From the NCBI GenBank assembly GCA_043228905.1, contig JBHGNT010000004.1, positions 15,004,001 to 15,068,000 of the forward strand: a DNA stretch of 64,000 bases. The letters run 5' to 3'. Source of the DNA: Azolla caroliniana. Lineage: Eukaryota > Plantae > Polypodiophyta. The notes under the pieces are model-generated. The model did no database searches. It was given only the letters and a program-made list of their open reading frames with translations, and was not told the DNA's origin. This document shows positions 59,739-64,000 of this stretch, one piece after another (the stretch's first letter is position 1; the number at the start of each line of letters is the position of its first letter). The translations under genes were made by a program, and so were the position numbers.

Positions 59739-59932
59739 ATTAAATCTTTTACATGAGTTGTGTGAGAGGCAAAATAAGTTTTGAATATTCTTTTATGAAT
59801 TTGTGATAGAAATTTGCAAATCTTAGAAAATATTGCACATCTCACAAAGAACATGCGATCTAACCAATCCAATATTGTTTGGCCTTCAGTTAGATCCATA
59901 GAGATTCCTTCAAAGGAGATGATGTGACTTAA

Positions 59933-60033
59933 TGTAAAAGAATACATGTGCGGAAGTGTGTGTGTAAACACAGAGTACACAGTTCGGAAATAAGACAGTT
60001 CAGTAAACGCAAAAAACAAAGAGATGGAGATGG

Positions 60034-60076
<43 letters not shown>

Positions 60077-61477
60077 AGACAACTCAACTCTATTCAAAAA
60101 TAATACTCAATCTATACATTCTTCGTGCTCAGTGAGCACCTTTTATACAAGCCCTGACTATCGGGCTGACACAAGTACTAACAGTACTTGACTACTCATA
60201 AATGAGCCTACTACACTAACTCCCAAAATTATTCCTTATGAGAAATACCATACTAACGGCCTTTCGGTTTACGCACCGATACGGCCATGTTATGCGTACT
60301 GTTTTACGGACCCAGTTTATGCACTAGGTTACGCATCGTATTACGCACCCAATGTTGAGCTTGTCACTCAACACTCCCCCTCAAGCTCAACTTGAGGTTC
60401 CGTCTACCCAGATCTACGCTCCTTTTGGCTTCACACCTCACTCGCGCTCCTCGACCTATTCGATTTCGCGCATTTCGACCTTTCCAGTAGGCTTGTCTAC
60501 TCATTCTGCCCTTCTCAGCTCCCTTGTTGTCGCGGTGTTGGTGCGTCCTTCGCTACCCTTTCCTCGGCATGGCCTTCAGTTGATTCGAAGTATCCGAATC
60601 GAACATTCCGATTGAATCGAACACTTCCGATTCAATTCCGCTCTCATCCGAACTGGTTGTCTCCAATTCGTCTCCTGTCTTTAGGCCTTTGACTGCTTCA
60701 GACCACGTCTTGGTCTTGGCCTTTACGCCCTTCTTGGTTGTATCTCCCCCTGATTCGGCTATCCTCAGCTCTTCCCTACGGTTATGGCCCTTTCTCTTTT
60801 CTTCGACTTCTTCAGCTGGCCCGAAATTGAATTCTTCATCCAATTCCGCGTCACGATCACTTTCGCCGTGATGAACACCTCCACTCCTTTCACGCTCTTG
60901 TTCCTGTTCTTCCTTTCTCCCCCTTAACTTCAGCGTGTCGAGGTGATGCAACCCAAGATCGCTCGAGAAATGTCATAACTTGTCGAGACCAAGAGGCTTG
61001 GTGAAGATGTCAGCACCTTGTCAATCAGTCGAAACATGCACCAGTTCAACTTCACCTTAAAGGATCCGCTCACGGACAAAATGGTAATGCACCTCAATGT
61101 GCTTGGTCCGGGCGTGGAACATGGGGTTTTTCGCAAGGTGGATACTACTAAGGTTGTCACAAAAGATCGTCGTTGGATCAGACACCTCTACAAGCAGATC
61201 CCGTAATAGTTGTTTTAGCCAAATGACTTCGCACGTACCGACAATCGCCCCTCGATACTCGGCCTCCGTGCTATTGTCGGTTGCTTCTTACTGCTCCACG
61301 CAATCGCCACACTTCCTAGAGAGAATGCGTATGCGGATGTGGATGTGGATCTACAATCGTGGGCGTTTCCAGCCCAATCGGCATCCGTGTAGCCGATATA
61401 GCAAGGACATGTCTTTTGTGCCACTGACATATCCCAATATCCTTTGTGCACACTGAAAGTGTTCGACCGTAGGCTGT
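59933..61477 (-). mobile_element. Copia 3' fragment (RNase H, tail, PPT, 3' LTR ~59933-60373) related to 33876-40127
   Basis: [17 protein letters not shown] and HARTKHIEVHYHF. The LTR edge GTTGAGCTTGTC.CTCAACA plus CTCCCCCTCAAGCTCAACTTGAGG is shared with 34206-34249. Confidence 0.9.
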
Positions 61478-61790
61478 TGTCATGATATGGCAAGACTCGA
61501 ACCCATGACCTTATGCTACATGGGTCGATCTCTTGACCATTAGACCATACATTGTAATACGTAGAATATTATTTTCATTTATGTTTTATTATAGAAAATT
61601 GATGTATATTCCAGATTTCTCTAGAACATTCTGGAAACTTCAGGAGTATTCCTTAGAACACTATAAAAGGAGGCACAAGGCATTATTTCGAACCAAATCA
61701 GTTCAACGCCAGTCTTAAGCCTCCTAGCTATTACTGTACATTCTCTTCACATAATATATATCTTCTCTTATCATCACTCTCTCTCTCGAT
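61478..61790 (+). mobile_element. Probable LTR (5' part) of another family, carrying an antisense tRNA-like cassette
   Basis: Begins TGTCATGA where the Copia homology stops and has TATA-like CTATAAAAGG at ~61661. No partner LTR or PBS is visible, so LTR identity is inferred. Confidence 0.55.
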
Positions 61791-61796
61791 CTCTTA

Positions 61797-63800
61797 GCTT
61801 AAGAGCTTGAGGATACCAGATGACATGGTTTGGGCCATCTACGCACTATATTCAAACAAGTGTCCGGATGTGTTTGATGCCCATGTGGCATATCCGATAG
61901 TTTCACTAGCACTATTGGTGTAAAACAAGGTTGCCCCTTATATCCGACTCCTTTTGGGATCTATATTGATGAGATCACAGATTTTATTGCTCGTAAGGGA
62001 GGCAATGGAGTAGTCCTTGGGGATACGCAGGTGCGTATCTTGCTCTATGCAGACGACATAGTTTTGCTCTCTGAATCCGAACACGACCTACAAAGGCACC
62101 TTAATGCCTTAGATGACTTTTGCACACAACGAGGATTGGTAGTGAATCTAGGAAAAACTAAAGTCCTTATCTTCCACACATCGGCCCAAGTTAGAGTTGA
62201 GTGTCACCTAACTATCTCCCATAGCCCAGTTGAGGTGGTTGGATCATATGTCTATCTCGGAGTCACTTTCAGTGCCCGCTCAGGTAAATTTTCGATGACA
62301 CAAGCAGCGAAGGATAGACTTACAAGAGGACATGCATCCCTCTCACTCCTTGAGAGACAATGCCACCAAGCATACTTCCAAGAGCCACGAACTAAAGGGT
62401 GGCTCTTTGACTCATTAGTGACTCCCTCTCTCATGTATGCATCAGCGGTTTGGGCTCCAAGACTACCATCTTTCATGTGGACGCAATTAGAGAGACCATT
62501 GGTGATGATGTTATCACGCCAACTCCGACGCAAATCATCGGTCCCACATGACATTATTAGGGCTGAGTTCACTCTACCCCCTGTGTTAGTAGAAGCACTT
62601 TTTCAACTTGTAGGCTTTATCCACAGGATACATAACCAACCACTTGATAGAATATCCCACGAAGCCTTTAAGGCTTCTCGAGCACTGTATGAGTCCGGCT
62701 ATACTAGCTCATGGTATGGCATGATGGGGAGTTGGCTTCTTGCCAACGGTCTAGAAATTAATAACCTCCCCCCCCTTAAGTACGACCACACCACTAATAA
62801 CACTTTAATCTCTCATGAGGACCGTAATAAAGTAATACACCAAGAAATATGGCAAATTTATACTCGGTATAAATGGATCACCCCACTAGAGCCACTCCCA
62901 TCTAAAATGTCGTACTATAAGGAACACTTTATGCACTTCGCTGAGTTAGGTTTTATCACGCGCCCAAAATATCTAGATGTATTCTTACCACATGCACTAA
63001 GGGTTGCCATTGGTCAACTTAGAATATCATCTCACCAACTTGAGATTGAGAATGGACGTACTGATGGAGTCCCTAGGGAGGAAAGGATATGTAGGTTATG
63101 CCACGTAGAGATAGAGGATGAGTACCATTTTACATGCAAATGCCCCACCTATGCCGAGATAAGGGCAAAATACCAAGACATACTTGGTTCCTCTCCCACC
63201 CTCCCTAAACTATTAGATACACTAGATATAAAGAAATTAGGTAGATACATCTTAGAATTGAAACAACACAGAGAGAATAAGTTACAAAACGTTGATAATA
63301 ATGTTGCTAATGTTTACCAACATGTAACAAATGAAGTTTTTCAGGAACAGGGGGAGACAATGAATGTCGACACACCTGCACCACTCGGGCTTTTCCTTGA
63401 TGAAGCAGAAAATCAAAGAAGAACCAAACGCCCTTGGATGCCGGGTTTCAAAGCAACTCGACGAGATGGAGAAGCAATAAAGAAAATAAGGGAACGTGAA
63501 CTACACCGCCTAGAAGCCATGGCTAGGGCACTCTATGCATCATGACCATGGGTCACACCCACACCAAAAACTTTTGACCTCCCACTTCTTTTTGAGAGAC
63601 TTGGGTGGAAATGAGATTAGGCTTAGTGCAAAGTTTTGTACACTACTAGAACTTTCTTAGCTTAAGCTATTTTCTTTTATTTTAGTTTTGATGATTGGAT
63701 AAACACTCATTTTTGTTGTAACCCAATTGTCTCATGGGCCAAATTTGGCCTTAGAAGACGTTAATATATCTTTCTTTCTTTCTTTCTCTCCCTCCCTTTC
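61797..63800 (+). mobile_element. 5'-truncated RTE-X-like LINE with open 504-aa RT/C-terminal ORF (62031-63545) and CT-rich tail
   Basis: KQGCPL, LLYADD, YVYLG, LRISSHQLEIENGR..REERICRLC..EDEYHFTCKCP. 3' end GACGTTAATATA followed by (TCTT)n. Confidence 0.94.
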
Positions 63801-64000
63801 ACTCACTCTTTCCTTCCCTCGAGAGTTCTTCACCTCTCTTAGTACTAATACTTCTTTTAGTACTAATTCCTTCTCTGTCTTAGTATTGTTCCTGAAAGTT
63901 TGAATCAATTTTGGTCGATCTTCCTTCTATATCTTCCTTTCCTCCTATTTCTTTTATCTTCTTATTAATCCTCTTATCCTCCCTAGTAAAATGGAAACTG

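Overview
Eukaryotic land-plant nuclear DNA. A fern or other non-flowering vascular plant is my inference, from a fern/lycophyte-style PLS-PPR remnant, RTE-X-like LINEs, a tRNA-Trp-primed Gypsy and dense microsatellites. There is one intact host gene: a 16-exon, ~590-aa NAD(P)-binding Rossmann + CIA30-domain protein (At4g18810-like, HCF173-related; 8857-28966, +). Its 15.7-kb intron 6 is packed with retroelement fragments. The rest is mostly retrotransposon. It includes L1 LINEs, RTE-X-like LINEs, a higher-order tandem repeat, and a three-level nest at 31.2-58.6 kb: an Athila/Tat-like Gypsy hosting a Tork-like Copia and a tRNA-Trp-primed Gypsy, which itself hosts a Copia. Best candidates for something undescribed: (1) outward-facing tRNA-like A-box/B-box cassettes in LTRs of at least two families; (2) a Gypsy whose PPT position holds a tRNA-3'-end mimic complementary to its own PBS; (3) a conserved charged Pol tail between duplicated PPTs in two Copia families; (4) a ~1000-codon accessory ORF in the outer Gypsy. 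All calls are from reading the sequence by eye; no searches were run.
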